A DNA stretch of 32,000 nt, taken from contig JAPWTZ010000005.1 of assembly GCA_028275775.1 (NCBI GenBank), positions 612-32,611 of the forward strand, in the 5' to 3' direction. This document shows, in pieces, positions 1-7,321 of this stretch; the stretch's first letter is position 1; the number at the start of each line of letters is the position of its first letter. Under the pieces are notes generated by a model. That model saw only the letters and a list, made by a program, of their open reading frames with translations, was not told the origin of the DNA and made no database searches. The DNA is from Candidatus Nanopusillus sp. Its GTDB lineage: Archaea; Nanobdellota; Nanobdellia; Nanobdellales; Nanobdellaceae. The position numbers and the translations under genes are program-made.

Positions 1-935
1 GATATTACTATGTTCATTCCATTTTCAATTGCTAACCATAAATAAGCAGCCTCCTCTGGAGAAATTGTACCAAAAGAAATTAATTGTGTTATACTTAATG
101 GTTTTGCAGTGAATTTTCTTATTGTAAATGAAGATCCATGCAAAGATATATCTTTACCATATATAAAGTTAATTCTTGATCCATCTGGTAATATTGCATC
201 AACTATTGGTCTTGTTTCTGATGCAGGTCTATCAACTATTTGTGAATATTTAATTATATATTTATTTAAATCTTCCTCATTTTTGAATCCTCTATTTGTT
301 TTAAGCATTCCAAATATTTTATGTACAACATAAATTGGACCTAAACCCAATATATGGACATCCTCTAAATAAGGATCTCTTAAAAATGGTTCTAAATATC
401 CATAACCAAATCTTTCTCTAATTAAGAAATATAATAATTTATCATATTCTTCCTGATTTTTTATATATACTTTATCAGAAAACAATCTTCTTTTCTGAAA
501 ATCAATAACTTTATTAAATAGATCAATTATATATCTTCTTACTTCTTCAATATTATTAAAGTTAATATCCTCTATTGCATATTTAACAATTTTTGTTTGT
601 ATTTGTTCTAATTTTTTCTTCTCATTATCATTTAATTCAGGTTCTATTACATTGTATAATGCTTCTCCAGATGGTAATTTATATACATGAATAAATATTG
701 GATCTCCAACAGGATATAATATATTAAATTCAGTCCTAGATCTTAAAGAAAAATCTAAAGAAGTCATCCATTCAGGAGGTCCAATTTTTAATGATATTTC
801 ATTAACATAATTTCTAAGATGTTCATATTTATTTAATGCTTCATTAAAATCTGTAGTTATATCACTAGTTATTACTTTTGCATTTTCTCTTTTTATTACA
901 TATTCCTCTTTTGTTTCTTGTATTTGTTCAGGCAT
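1..935 (-). CDS. flaI: Archaellum assembly ATPase FlaI/ArlI, first ~311 codons (3' part runs off the window start)
   Basis: Absent from the ORF track because it is open to the window edge. My reverse-strand translation from ATG 935..933 reads MPEQIQETKEEYVIKRENAKVITSD...ILYPVGDPIFIHVYKLPSGEALYNVIEPELNDNEKKKLEQI...PYLEDVHILGLGPIYVVHK...FTIRKFTAKPLSITQLISFGTISPEEAAYLWLAIENGMNIVIS. This is the FlaI (type II/IV secretion ATPase) N-domain plus the segment just before Walker A. The start overlaps the flaH stop (TAATG). Confidence 0.85.
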   Translation of the reverse strand, partial: MPEQIQETKEEYVIKRENAKVITSDITTDFNEALNKYEHLRNYVNEISLKIGPPEWMTSLDFSLRSRTEFNILYPVGDPIFIHVYKLPSGEALYNVIEPELNDNEKKKLEQIQTKIVKYAIEDINFNNIEEVRRYIIDLFNKVIDFQKRRLFSDKVYIKNQEEYDKLLYFLIRERFGYGYLEPFLRDPYLEDVHILGLGPIYVVHKIFGMLKTNRGFKNEEDLNKYIIKYSQIVDRPASETRPIVDAILPDGSRINFIYGKDISLHGSSFTIRKFTAKPLSITQLISFGTISPEEAAYLWLAIENGMNIVI

Positions 936-1639
936 TATACATATGAGGATATTTCAATTATTAGCCCTATATTTGGTTCTACTCTAAATGGTATTAATGT
1001 ATTATATATTCCCATTGGATATCTAAATCTTTTTACCTCTATTATTTTTAATAAAGATGATTCTCCAATAGAAGAAAACCTTAAACTAAAGTATATATCT
1101 GCAATTCTCCTTATATTTCTTACAAAGAATTCATTTACTTCTGAAGGATTATATGTTAAAATAATTGTTCTATCTAGATTCTTTATTTTATTTAAAAATT
1201 CAATTAATCTTATTGAATCCATTTTATCCAACCCATCTATTAATGGATATGATAAAGAATCCAATATTATTAGTTCATTTTCTAATAATTTTTTAGATTT
1301 TTCCTTTGTTAATTCAAATATTAAATTTTCTTTTTCCTTTATTTTATTAAATAAATTAAGTGTTGGTATAAATAATAATTTTTGATTTAATAAATAATCT
1401 TTTATATCATAACCCAAAGATTCCATTTGTTTAATAAAATCTACAACAGATAATTCTGTAGAAATATATGTTGCAGTATGATTATTTGACAATGCTCCAT
1501 ATAATATTCTTTGACATACAATACTTTTTCCAGTTCCATTTTCTCCTTCAATTATAAATATACTACCCTTTGGAATTCCTCCCCCAATTCTATTTGAAAA
1601 TTCATCCCTATCTAAATAAATATTAATATATTCTACCAT
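935..1639 (-). CDS. flaH: Archaellum protein FlaH/ArlH (KaiC/RecA-like ATPase)
   Basis: 234 aa. Walker A is GENGTGKS and a Walker-B-like LIILDSLS is present. It lies directly upstream of flaI, with 1-nt TAATG overlaps on both sides. Confidence 0.8.
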   Translation of the reverse strand: MVEYINIYLDRDEFSNRIGGGIPKGSIFIIEGENGTGKSIVCQRILYGALSNNHTATYISTELSVVDFIKQMESLGYDIKDYLLNQKLLFIPTLNLFNKIKEKENLIFELTKEKSKKLLENELIILDSLSYPLIDGLDKMDSIRLIEFLNKIKNLDRTIILTYNPSEVNEFFVRNIRRIADIYFSLRFSSIGESSLLKIIEVKRFRYPMGIYNTLIPFRVEPNIGLIIEISSYV

Positions 1640-2022
1640 TATGGACCAATATAATATAAAGAAGATTGGCCATTACAAAATGTTACTGTTAAATTATCTC
1701 CAGCATTTACTGGATAACTTACATTTAATTCTATTGTATATTGATTTAATACTTTATATGTAAAGTTAACTATTTTATTTCCTACTTCTACATTACTTAT
1801 ACAAGATGGATTCATATTTTGTACTAAATATAATATTGAATTATTACCAGAATTATAATAATTTACTACATAATTTACTTGACCATTATATATTGGAGTT
1901 GTTATATTTGATATTTGATTTGCAATTATTTTTCCTGCTGAAGAATAAAAGTTAAAAAATGCACTTAATACTAGATATCCTGCTACAAATAAAATAAATA
2001 AATATATTAATTCTCTTATCAT
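1639..2022 (-). CDS. Archaellum accessory protein, FlaF/FlaG-like (N-terminal TM helix plus beta-rich ectodomain)
   Basis: 127 aa. Hydrophobic N-terminus MIRELIYLFILFVAGYLVLSAFF, followed by a K/E-poor, N/S/Y/V-rich sequence. It is embedded in the fla operon with a 4-nt overlap upstream and a 1-nt overlap downstream. I cannot separate FlaF from FlaG by eye. Confidence 0.55.
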   Translation of the reverse strand: MIRELIYLFILFVAGYLVLSAFFNFYSSAGKIIANQISNITTPIYNGQVNYVVNYYNSGNNSILYLVQNMNPSCISNVEVGNKIVNFTYKVLNQYTIELNVSYPVNAGDNLTVTFCNGQSSLYYIGP

Positions 2023-2792
2023 TTCCTTATTGGTGATATATATCCTTTCTGAATTAGCTCATTATACAGATCTTTTAATCTTTCTATATTATTTGAACCA
2101 CTTATTTGTGCCAGTTTTGATATTATATATAAACTTACTATATGATCCATTGGTAATAATTTTTTATTTTCTCCTTCAACATTCTTTAATCCATTTAAAT
2201 ATTCCTTTAATTTTATTTTTACCTTTTCTGTTATCCAATTAATTGATTCATAATAATCTAATGCATCATCTACTTCTTCTATATTTGATTTTTTAACTAA
2301 ATATGATAACCAACCAATTATAATTGAAGAAACAGTTGGATTGTCATCAAGTTTACTTAAAGGTAATATATTATTTTCTGTATTTTCTTCTTTATTTTCA
2401 TTTATAACCTGAACATTTTGTTCTTCTTTTTCTTCTTCTACAAATGGATTATAATTTTTTATTAGCATTTCATATATAGAAAAAACCTTCTCTAAATTAT
2501 TTTTAATATTATTTATTTCATTTTGATGACTCTCTACAGTAGAACTAATATTTGAAACATTACTTGAAATTTCGGATACTTTATTCTCTAATTCTCTTAC
2601 GCTTTTAGCTAAACCTTCAATAGAGTTAGCAATATTTTTTATTTCAGATGCATAATTTTGATTTACAATATTTTGCTGGGGTATAACATTAATATTTTGA
2701 ACATTTTTATCATCATTCTTTTTTCTAAATATGTTCGAAAATATATTCATACAAATTTTAGATATCCTGAAATATATAAATTTTATAACCAT
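2019..2792 (-). CDS. flaD: Archaellum protein with coiled-coil N-half and FlaD/FlaE-type C-domain
   Basis: 257 aa. A coiled-coil-like region (SIEGLAKSVRELENKVSEISSNVSNISSTVESHQNEINNIKNNLEK) is followed by an acidic linker. Then comes LPLSKLDDNPTVSSIIIGWLSYLVKKSNIEEVDDALDYYESINWITEKVKIKLKEYL, which matches the FlaD/E-domain pattern (W-L-x-x-L ... L-x-Y-Y-x-x-I-x-W-I). The true start is probably M15 (ATG at 2750): a TTTATATA element lies ~27 nt upstream on the minus strand, and the divergent spacer would otherwise be only 15 nt. Confidence 0.6.
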   Translation of the reverse strand: MVIKFIYFRISKICMNIFSNIFRKKNDDKNVQNINVIPQQNIVNQNYASEIKNIANSIEGLAKSVRELENKVSEISSNVSNISSTVESHQNEINNIKNNLEKVFSIYEMLIKNYNPFVEEEKEEQNVQVINENKEENTENNILPLSKLDDNPTVSSIIIGWLSYLVKKSNIEEVDDALDYYESINWITEKVKIKLKEYLNGLKNVEGENKKLLPMDHIVSLYIISKLAQISGSNNIERLKDLYNELIQKGYISPIRK

Positions 2793-2807
2793 TCATGATA
2801 ATCATTA

Positions 2808-3443
2808 TTGATAATGATAGTTAAAAAGGCGGATTATATTAGTATACCATCTATAGGTATTGTAATGCATATGTTTGATGATTTTCTTATAGCAAGTGAA
2901 AGTGAAAAAAATAATATTGAAAGGATGAATATAGATATAAAAAAATATTATATAGAATCGCCAATTGTTTCTCCATATTTTATAGAATATGATAACAAAA
3001 TAATTATTAGTTCTAATGCTCCAGAAGAATTAAAGAAAATATTAAAGAATCATTTTGATATAATTGAAATAGATTTTATAGAAAATCTAATAGGAAATAT
3101 ATTTTTAGTTGGAAAAAATGGGATAGTTTATTCTCATGGAAAGGAAAAAGATGTAAAAAAGATATCTGAAAAATTATCTTTACCAGCATATAGGATAAAA
3201 ACAAAATATCTTTTTGGAAGTATATCAAAATTATATAATAATAAATTATTAATAAGTCAAGAATTAAATGATAAAATAATAGAAAAAGTAAAGGAAATTA
3301 CAGGTTATATTATAGATATAGGATCAATTAATTTTGGAAGTCCATATTTAAGATATGGAATAGAAATTAATAAAGAATATTTAATAATTGGAAAATATTC
3401 TACTGGTCATGAAATTGTTAAGGTTGAGGAGTTCTTTTCATAG
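2808..3443 (+). CDS. eif6: Translation initiation factor 6 (aIF6)
   Basis: 211 aa. Repeated pseudo-fivefold pattern: N-terminal IVKKADYISIPSIGIV, mid LIGNIFLVGKNGIV, C-terminal GSINFGSPYLRYGIEINKEYLIIGKYSTGHEIVKVEEFF. This aligns by eye with archaeal aIF6. It neighbours LX and prefoldin alpha, as in the conserved archaeal cluster. Confidence 0.8.
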   Translation: MIMIVKKADYISIPSIGIVMHMFDDFLIASESEKNNIERMNIDIKKYYIESPIVSPYFIEYDNKIIISSNAPEELKKILKNHFDIIEIDFIENLIGNIFLVGKNGIVYSHGKEKDVKKISEKLSLPAYRIKTKYLFGSISKLYNNKLLISQELNDKIIEKVKEITGYIIDIGSINFGSPYLRYGIEINKEYLIIGKYSTGHEIVKVEEFFS

Positions 3444-3753
3444 ATATTTCATTTATTTTTGTTCTTATTTCATTTAAATCTTGATTTAATTTATTTATTA
3501 TATCATCTATTAATTTTAGAACTTCATCTTTACTTTTTTCAATAAATATATTTCTTCCAATATTTATTAATAAATTTTGATCATCCTTTATTGATCCTCT
3601 AACAAATATCAATCCTCCTAAATTTATATATGTATCTTCTTGTTTTTTTAATTCATTAATAAAACTCTTTATTAATTCATATTCTAATATTTTATTCTGT
3701 ATAGCTTCTAATTGACTATATAAAAATTCTAATAGTTCATCAGAATTTTCCAT
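3418..3753 (-). CDS. pfdA: Prefoldin alpha subunit
   Basis: 111 aa. Coiled coil, then central hairpins (TYINLGGLIFVRGSIKDDQNLLINIGRNIFIEKSKDEVLKLI), then coiled coil, which is the alpha-type double beta-hairpin signature. Its 3' end overlaps the convergent aIF6 by 26 nt. Confidence 0.7.
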   Translation of the reverse strand: MENSDELLEFLYSQLEAIQNKILEYELIKSFINELKKQEDTYINLGGLIFVRGSIKDDQNLLINIGRNIFIEKSKDEVLKLIDDIINKLNQDLNEIRTKINEISMKRTPQP

Positions 3754-4036
3754 TTTTAATATATTCTATAAATTTCTTTAAATTCTTATCTTTTACATCA
3801 TTTTCGCTAATTTCTTCAATTTTTAATATTTTTATTTTATTTCTTTTTACCTTATATGCACTTCCCAATAATGAATATATTCTTTCTAGAACATCATTTT
3901 CATTTATTCCTAACAATTCCTTTGTAAATTTATAAACAACCTTTCTTTTTGTTAAAACCCCTTCTTTTTTCTTTAAATTTCTTAAAATTTTTGTTTTAAA
4001 TATTAATCCTTCAACTCTATATATTTTTACTTCCAT
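3740..4036 (-). CDS. rpl18a: Ribosomal protein LX / L18Ae (eL20)
   Basis: 98 aa. MEVKIYRVEG...FTKELLGINENDVLERIYSLLGSAYKVKRNKIKILKIEEISENDV closely parallels archaeal LX (KVKIFRVKG...GSKHRVKR..I.I..IEEI). Confidence 0.7.
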   Translation of the reverse strand: MEVKIYRVEGLIFKTKILRNLKKKEGVLTKRKVVYKFTKELLGINENDVLERIYSLLGSAYKVKRNKIKILKIEEISENDVKDKNLKKFIEYIKNGKF

Positions 4037-4037
4037 T

Positions 4038-5015
4038 TTAATTCTTTGGTAATAAAGATATATATTCTATGCTTATTCTTTCTGGATTTCTTGGTGGTCT
4101 TATTGCTTTTCTTAATATTAATAATCTTTTCTTTGCTCCTATTACTGAACCCTTTAGCATTACATATGTATTCTTTACAATTCCATAATGTGGCCAGCCA
4201 GAGCTTGGATTTATTTCATTATAATTATCTGAAATCTTTATTATTAATTTATTATATTCTGTTCTTCTAAAGAATCCATATTGACCTGGCATTGGTGTTG
4301 TTGGAAATATCCTTCTCATTCCTCTTGCCCCTCTAGCACCTACATGTCTTACAGATTTACTTCTCTTTGTTTCTCTAGGTTGAACTGTTATTCCAAATCT
4401 TTTTACTTCTCCTTGAAATCCTTTTCCTTTTGTTACTCCAATTACATCTACATATTCTCCTTCATTAAATACGTCATTTATTTTTATTTGATTTCCTAAC
4501 AAATTTTTTGCATAATTAAATATCTCTTTAATATTATTTCCTCCAATTGGTATTTCAAATATTTCAGGTTTCTTCTTTTTAATTGTTGTTAACCATGGTT
4601 GTGTATATACAATTAATTTTATTAATGAAACTTTATCTAATATTTGTTCAGCATCTTGAAGATCTTTTTCTAAATCTTCATTTGGTTTTAATGTTTTTAT
4701 TCTTCTTTTAACATATTCATCAAAATTATTTGAAATAATATCCTTTAAAGATAAAAGTCCTTTATTTGTATCTTTTTTATATAATCTAATTCCAAGAACT
4801 TTTAACGGAGGTGTTTCTATAATAGATACGGGTACATATTTTCCTTCTTTTGTTAAAATATGTGTTATACCAACTTTATATCCGGCAAATGCAACTGGTT
4901 GAATATTATTAATAGAAGGCCAACTCTTGATTATCGGATATATTCTTTTAGCTCTTACTCTTGGCCAAAATTGCATAGATACTGCTCTAGGTTTATTTCT
5001 ACCATGCTGTGGCAT
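4038..5015 (-). CDS. rpl3: Ribosomal protein uL3
   Basis: 325 aa. Archaeal L3 N-terminus (HGRNKPRAVSMQFWPRVRAKR) and the motif VIGVTKGKGFQGEVKRFG. Not followed by L4/L23/L2. Confidence 0.9.
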   Translation of the reverse strand: MPQHGRNKPRAVSMQFWPRVRAKRIYPIIKSWPSINNIQPVAFAGYKVGITHILTKEGKYVPVSIIETPPLKVLGIRLYKKDTNKGLLSLKDIISNNFDEYVKRRIKTLKPNEDLEKDLQDAEQILDKVSLIKLIVYTQPWLTTIKKKKPEIFEIPIGGNNIKEIFNYAKNLLGNQIKINDVFNEGEYVDVIGVTKGKGFQGEVKRFGITVQPRETKRSKSVRHVGARGARGMRRIFPTTPMPGQYGFFRRTEYNKLIIKISDNYNEINPSSGWPHYGIVKNTYVMLKGSVIGAKKRLLILRKAIRPPRNPERISIEYISLLPKN

Positions 5016-5040
5016 TTTTTATTATGTTATTAAAAACTCT

Positions 5041-5048
5041 TTTAAATT
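5041..5048 (+). promoter_or_regulatory. TATA-like box TTTAAATT at -31..-24 of the tRNA-Pro 5' end
   Basis: Position measured relative to G5072. The background is AT-rich, so this is weak on its own; it becomes interesting only because tRNA-Arg has the same offset. Confidence 0.3.
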
Positions 5049-5071
5049 TTTGAAAAATCTTTTATTTTTAA

Positions 5072-5142
5072 GGGACCGTAGGCTAGTGGTAGGCTACTGG
5101 GTTTGGGTCCCAGGGATCGGGGTTCGAATCCCCGCGGTCCCA
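5072..5142 (+). tRNA. tRNA-Pro (anticodon UGG), no intron, CCA not encoded
   Basis: Hand-folded cloverleaf, 71 nt, forming a GC-rich island. Acceptor GGGACCG/CGGTCCC. D stem GGCT/GGCT (with G-U pairs). Anticodon stem CTGGG/CCCAG with loop TT-TGG-GT. T arm CGGGG-TTCGAAT-CCCCG. Discriminator A. Confidence 0.9.
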
Positions 5143-5242
5143 TTATTTTTAGTTCAATATCTTTGTTAACAGATTTTATAATTGATTTTATATTGAGGCA
5201 TTGTAAGATAATTTTAATATTTCATTTATATTATTATATATA

Positions 5243-5291
5243 GTGAAGATGCAAGGCATTGCTGATAAATGATGAAACATCGATATACAGA
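5243..5291 (+). ncRNA. Candidate box C/D sRNA (degenerate terminal boxes)
   Basis: Layout: GTGAAGA (C-like, 5243-5249), 12 nt, CTGA (D', 5262-5265), TAA, ATGATGA (C', 5269-5275), 12 nt, CAGA (D-like, 5288-5291). The symmetric 12/12-nt spacers are the archaeal hallmark. However, both terminal boxes carry a mismatch, the second guide is AT-rich, and no terminal stem is seen. Confidence 0.25.
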
Positions 5292-5304
5292 TAAAATTAA
5301 GTAT

Positions 5305-5312
5305 TTTAATTT
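5305..5312 (+). promoter_or_regulatory. TATA-like box TTTAATTT at -31..-24 of the tRNA-Arg 5' end
   Basis: Same offset from G5336 as the box upstream of tRNA-Pro, with 7/8 identical bases. A second AT-rich TATA-like run lies closer (5323-5333), so the assignment is ambiguous. Confidence 0.3.
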
Positions 5313-5335
5313 TTCATAATAATATTTTTATAATT

Positions 5336-5410
5336 GGACCCGTAGCTCAGCATGGATAGAGCGACGGCCTTCTAAGCCGTAGGTCGGGGGTTCGAATCCC
5401 CCCGGGTCCG
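5336..5410 (+). tRNA. tRNA-Arg (anticodon UCU), no intron, CCA not encoded
   Basis: Hand-folded cloverleaf, 75 nt. Acceptor GGACCCG/CGGGTCC. D arm GCTC-AGCATGGATA-GAGC. Anticodon stem ACGGC/GCCGT with loop CT-TCT-AA. T arm GGGGG-TTCGAAT-CCCCC. Discriminator G. Confidence 0.9.
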
Positions 5411-5869
5411 CTATTGATTTGAAATCTTGAATGGTAAAGGAGCCTGTTGTACAGTGTTTCCATATGTAAATGAAAATTCATAAGATCCTCTATTCGATAA
5501 TAAGTTATTTATAATTAGATCTTCATTTGTACAATTTAATTCAATTGTTGTTTGACTATTTGAAGATAATGTATAATTATTTGTAACTATATTACATGTG
5601 CCAGTTTGATAACTATTTTGACTGTATGTATAAGTAACTTCCATATTGCTTAAATTTATATTAGATCCAGCATTATATATTATTGCATATATGCCATTTG
5701 AAGTAAAGTACATATATGATATTTTAAATGATACAGGACCGGATGATGAAGTACTTTTTCCTAAAAGTTTTAATATTACCTGTGGAGGTACAAAAAAATA
5801 TAGAATAACTACAATTCCCAATATAATACCAAATATTATAATAAGTGTTGTAAGGAAGTCGCTTTTCAT
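5411..5869 (-). CDS. Membrane-anchored beta-rich protein, FlaF/FlaG- or pilin-like
   Basis: 152 aa. N-terminal TM (LTTLIIIFGIILGIVVILYFFV), then a K/E-poor S/T/N/Y-rich region. The segment IYAIIYNAGSNINLSNMEV resembles ILYLVQNMNPSCISNVEV of the 127-aa fla-operon protein. The stop codon abuts the tRNA-Arg 3' end. Confidence 0.45.
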   Translation of the reverse strand: MKSDFLTTLIIIFGIILGIVVILYFFVPPQVILKLLGKSTSSSGPVSFKISYMYFTSNGIYAIIYNAGSNINLSNMEVTYTYSQNSYQTGTCNIVTNNYTLSSNSQTTIELNCTNEDLIINNLLSNRGSYEFSFTYGNTVQQAPLPFKISNQ

Positions 5870-5902
5870 TATTATAAAATAATCTTATGATATTTTTAAA
5901 CT

Positions 5903-6844
5903 TTAGTTCTTTATAACTTTAAAATCTATACAAACTCTATAATTTCCTGGAGCTATATCACCAACTTTTAAAATGTTTAATATCTCATATCTAAAATTTA
6001 ATTCTTTCGAATATTTTTCTAATAAATCTATTGCTCTTTCCTTTATTTTTTCTTCTTCAAAAAATTGATACAAATGTATTATTCCATTATTTTTTATTAA
6101 AGGTATTGCATATTCTAAAAATGTATGACTTTCCTTTGGTAATGGCATTATAATCCTGTCAAATTTTCTATTAAATTTTTCTAAATTTTCTAATTCATTA
6201 ATATATCTTAATTTTTTATATTTTATATTTTTTATTAATTCATCATATTCATAAATATATAAATTATTTATTTCTAATCCAGAATCAATTATATCTTTTA
6301 TATATTCTTTATCATTTTTTATTATTCCATCTCCATCTTCTAAATAACCTATATATTTTGATACATCTCTTACATCTCCTAATAATGTAATGACATTATT
6401 TACTTTATTTATTCTTACATTTTCTAATCCATATTTTATCGCAAAAGGATTTAATTCAATTGAATATATTATCTTAGCTTTCGAATATTTTGCTATGTAT
6501 ATTGGATATACATTTACGCCGGAAAACATTACTAAAACTTCTTCATTTTCTTTTACTTGTTTTGCAATTCTATATCTCTCATTACTCAACCTTGGAGAAT
6601 AATAACATCTAGCAACATCTACTTTAAATCTTAATCCATATTCAATATTAATTGTTTCCGTTTTATTTTCTCCATATAAAATCTTATATTTTGGAATCCT
6701 GTATGGAGGTAAAACATCTGTTTCTTGTAATAGAATTGTTCTTATAAATTTATGCTTTTCCAATATTCTTTTTACATATTCTTCTTCATCATATTTTAAT
6801 GGCTTTTTAATTATAGCTATATCACCTATAATATCATAAGACAT
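5903..6844 (-). CDS. trm5: tRNA (guanine37-N1)-methyltransferase Trm5 (Met-10/TYW2 family)
   Basis: 313 aa. YDIIGDIAII start, GLRFKVDVARCYYSPRLSNER, SAM-fold VLVMFSGVNVYPIYIA, NPFA, and DRIIMPLP...GIIHLY. It carries a ~60-aa insertion between the GDVRD and DRIIM motifs. Confidence 0.8.
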   Translation of the reverse strand: MSYDIIGDIAIIKKPLKYDEEEYVKRILEKHKFIRTILLQETDVLPPYRIPKYKILYGENKTETINIEYGLRFKVDVARCYYSPRLSNERYRIAKQVKENEEVLVMFSGVNVYPIYIAKYSKAKIIYSIELNPFAIKYGLENVRINKVNNVITLLGDVRDVSKYIGYLEDGDGIIKNDKEYIKDIIDSGLEINNLYIYEYDELIKNIKYKKLRYINELENLEKFNRKFDRIIMPLPKESHTFLEYAIPLIKNNGIIHLYQFFEEEKIKERAIDLLEKYSKELNFRYEILNILKVGDIAPGNYRVCIDFKVIKN

Positions 6845-7135
6845 AATATATTTTAAATAAAAAACAATAAAAATATTATTTTTTATTATTAAATAAATTT
6901 ATACTATTTATTTTTCTTTTCTTTATTTCTAGTTTTTCTCATTATTCTAAATATATTAGTTATTTTATCTTTTAGCCAGTATTGATTTACATATTAGATT
7001 TTTAGGTATCTAAATTGTATGTATTATTTCAATATTTCTAAATATTTTGATTACTTTATAAATATTTATATATAACTCCTTTATAAATTATTTATAAATA
7101 TATAATCTGTTCATGGTTTTACTACGCATTAGTAT

Positions 7136-7321
7136 TCATTTGAAGTCATAAAAAAATGAAAGATTTTTAAACATTTTATACAATAATATATTATGCCAAA
7201 GAAAGACAAAGGAAAACAAAAGGATCAACAAGAAAAGCAATAAAGTAGTGTAATATATAATATATTTATTTGTGGAATATAGTAAATGTAGTAGGCGCGG
7301 ATCTTCATCGGCTTTATCCAT
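7136..7321 (-). CDS. Doubtful small membrane protein (61 aa)
   Basis: One predicted TM (YIIYYTTLLLFLLILLFSFVFLW). The N-terminus MDKADEDPRLL is encoded by the isolated GC island using codons (GCC, CCG, CGC) that look rare in this window. It may be non-coding. Confidence 0.2.
   Translation of the reverse strand: MDKADEDPRLLHLLYSTNKYIIYYTTLLLFLLILLFSFVFLWHNILLYKMFKNLSFFYDFK

Noticed and set aside
109-333. 74-aa plus-strand ORF from the track
   Set aside because: It lies antisense within the clearly recognisable flaI reading frame. Its low-complexity hydrophobic translation is typical of shadow ORFs in AT-rich DNA.
918-1385. 155-aa plus-strand ORF, and similar antisense track ORFs (2030-2242, 4046-4499, 5646-5882, 6390-6602, 12814-12999, 15652-16324, 17191-17397, 18518-18784, 19563-19766, 20650-20865, 21688-21972, 23265-23450, 24905-25313, 25701-26035)
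   Set aside because: All are fully embedded opposite strongly supported genes. They have F/L/I/Y/S/N-rich low-complexity translations and no motifs. These are shadow ORFs created by the scarcity of stop codons on the strand opposite purine-rich coding DNA.
4927-5169. 80-aa plus-strand ORF spanning the rpl3 start region and tRNA-Pro
   Set aside because: It reads straight through the tRNA-Pro gene (the GC-rich part gives GYWVWVPGIGVRIP) and lies antisense to rpl3. It is not a gene.
5072-5410. The tRNA pair as an integration hotspot flanking a mobile element
   Set aside because: There is no integrase, transposase or viral gene nearby, and I saw no duplicated tRNA 3'-end fragment (att-like GC-rich repeat) anywhere in the window. 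The flanks are core genes.
7193-7243. 16-codon purine-rich ORF (MPKKDKGKQKDQQEKQ) with a TATA-like box ~26 nt upstream
   Set aside because: It is too short, low-complexity, and matches no small ribosomal or other protein I recognise (it is not L41e-like). TATA-like strings are ubiquitous here.
7291-7312. GC-rich island as a split-tRNA half (as in N. equitans) or a C/D or H/ACA sRNA
   Set aside because: On neither strand is there a T-arm (GTTCRAAT with flanking 5-bp stem), an acceptor/D-arm pattern, a CUGA D box or an ACA box. Only a partial GAUGA is present. Self-complementarity is limited to 4 bp (ggat/atcc). I kept it only as part of the unexplained-gap finding.
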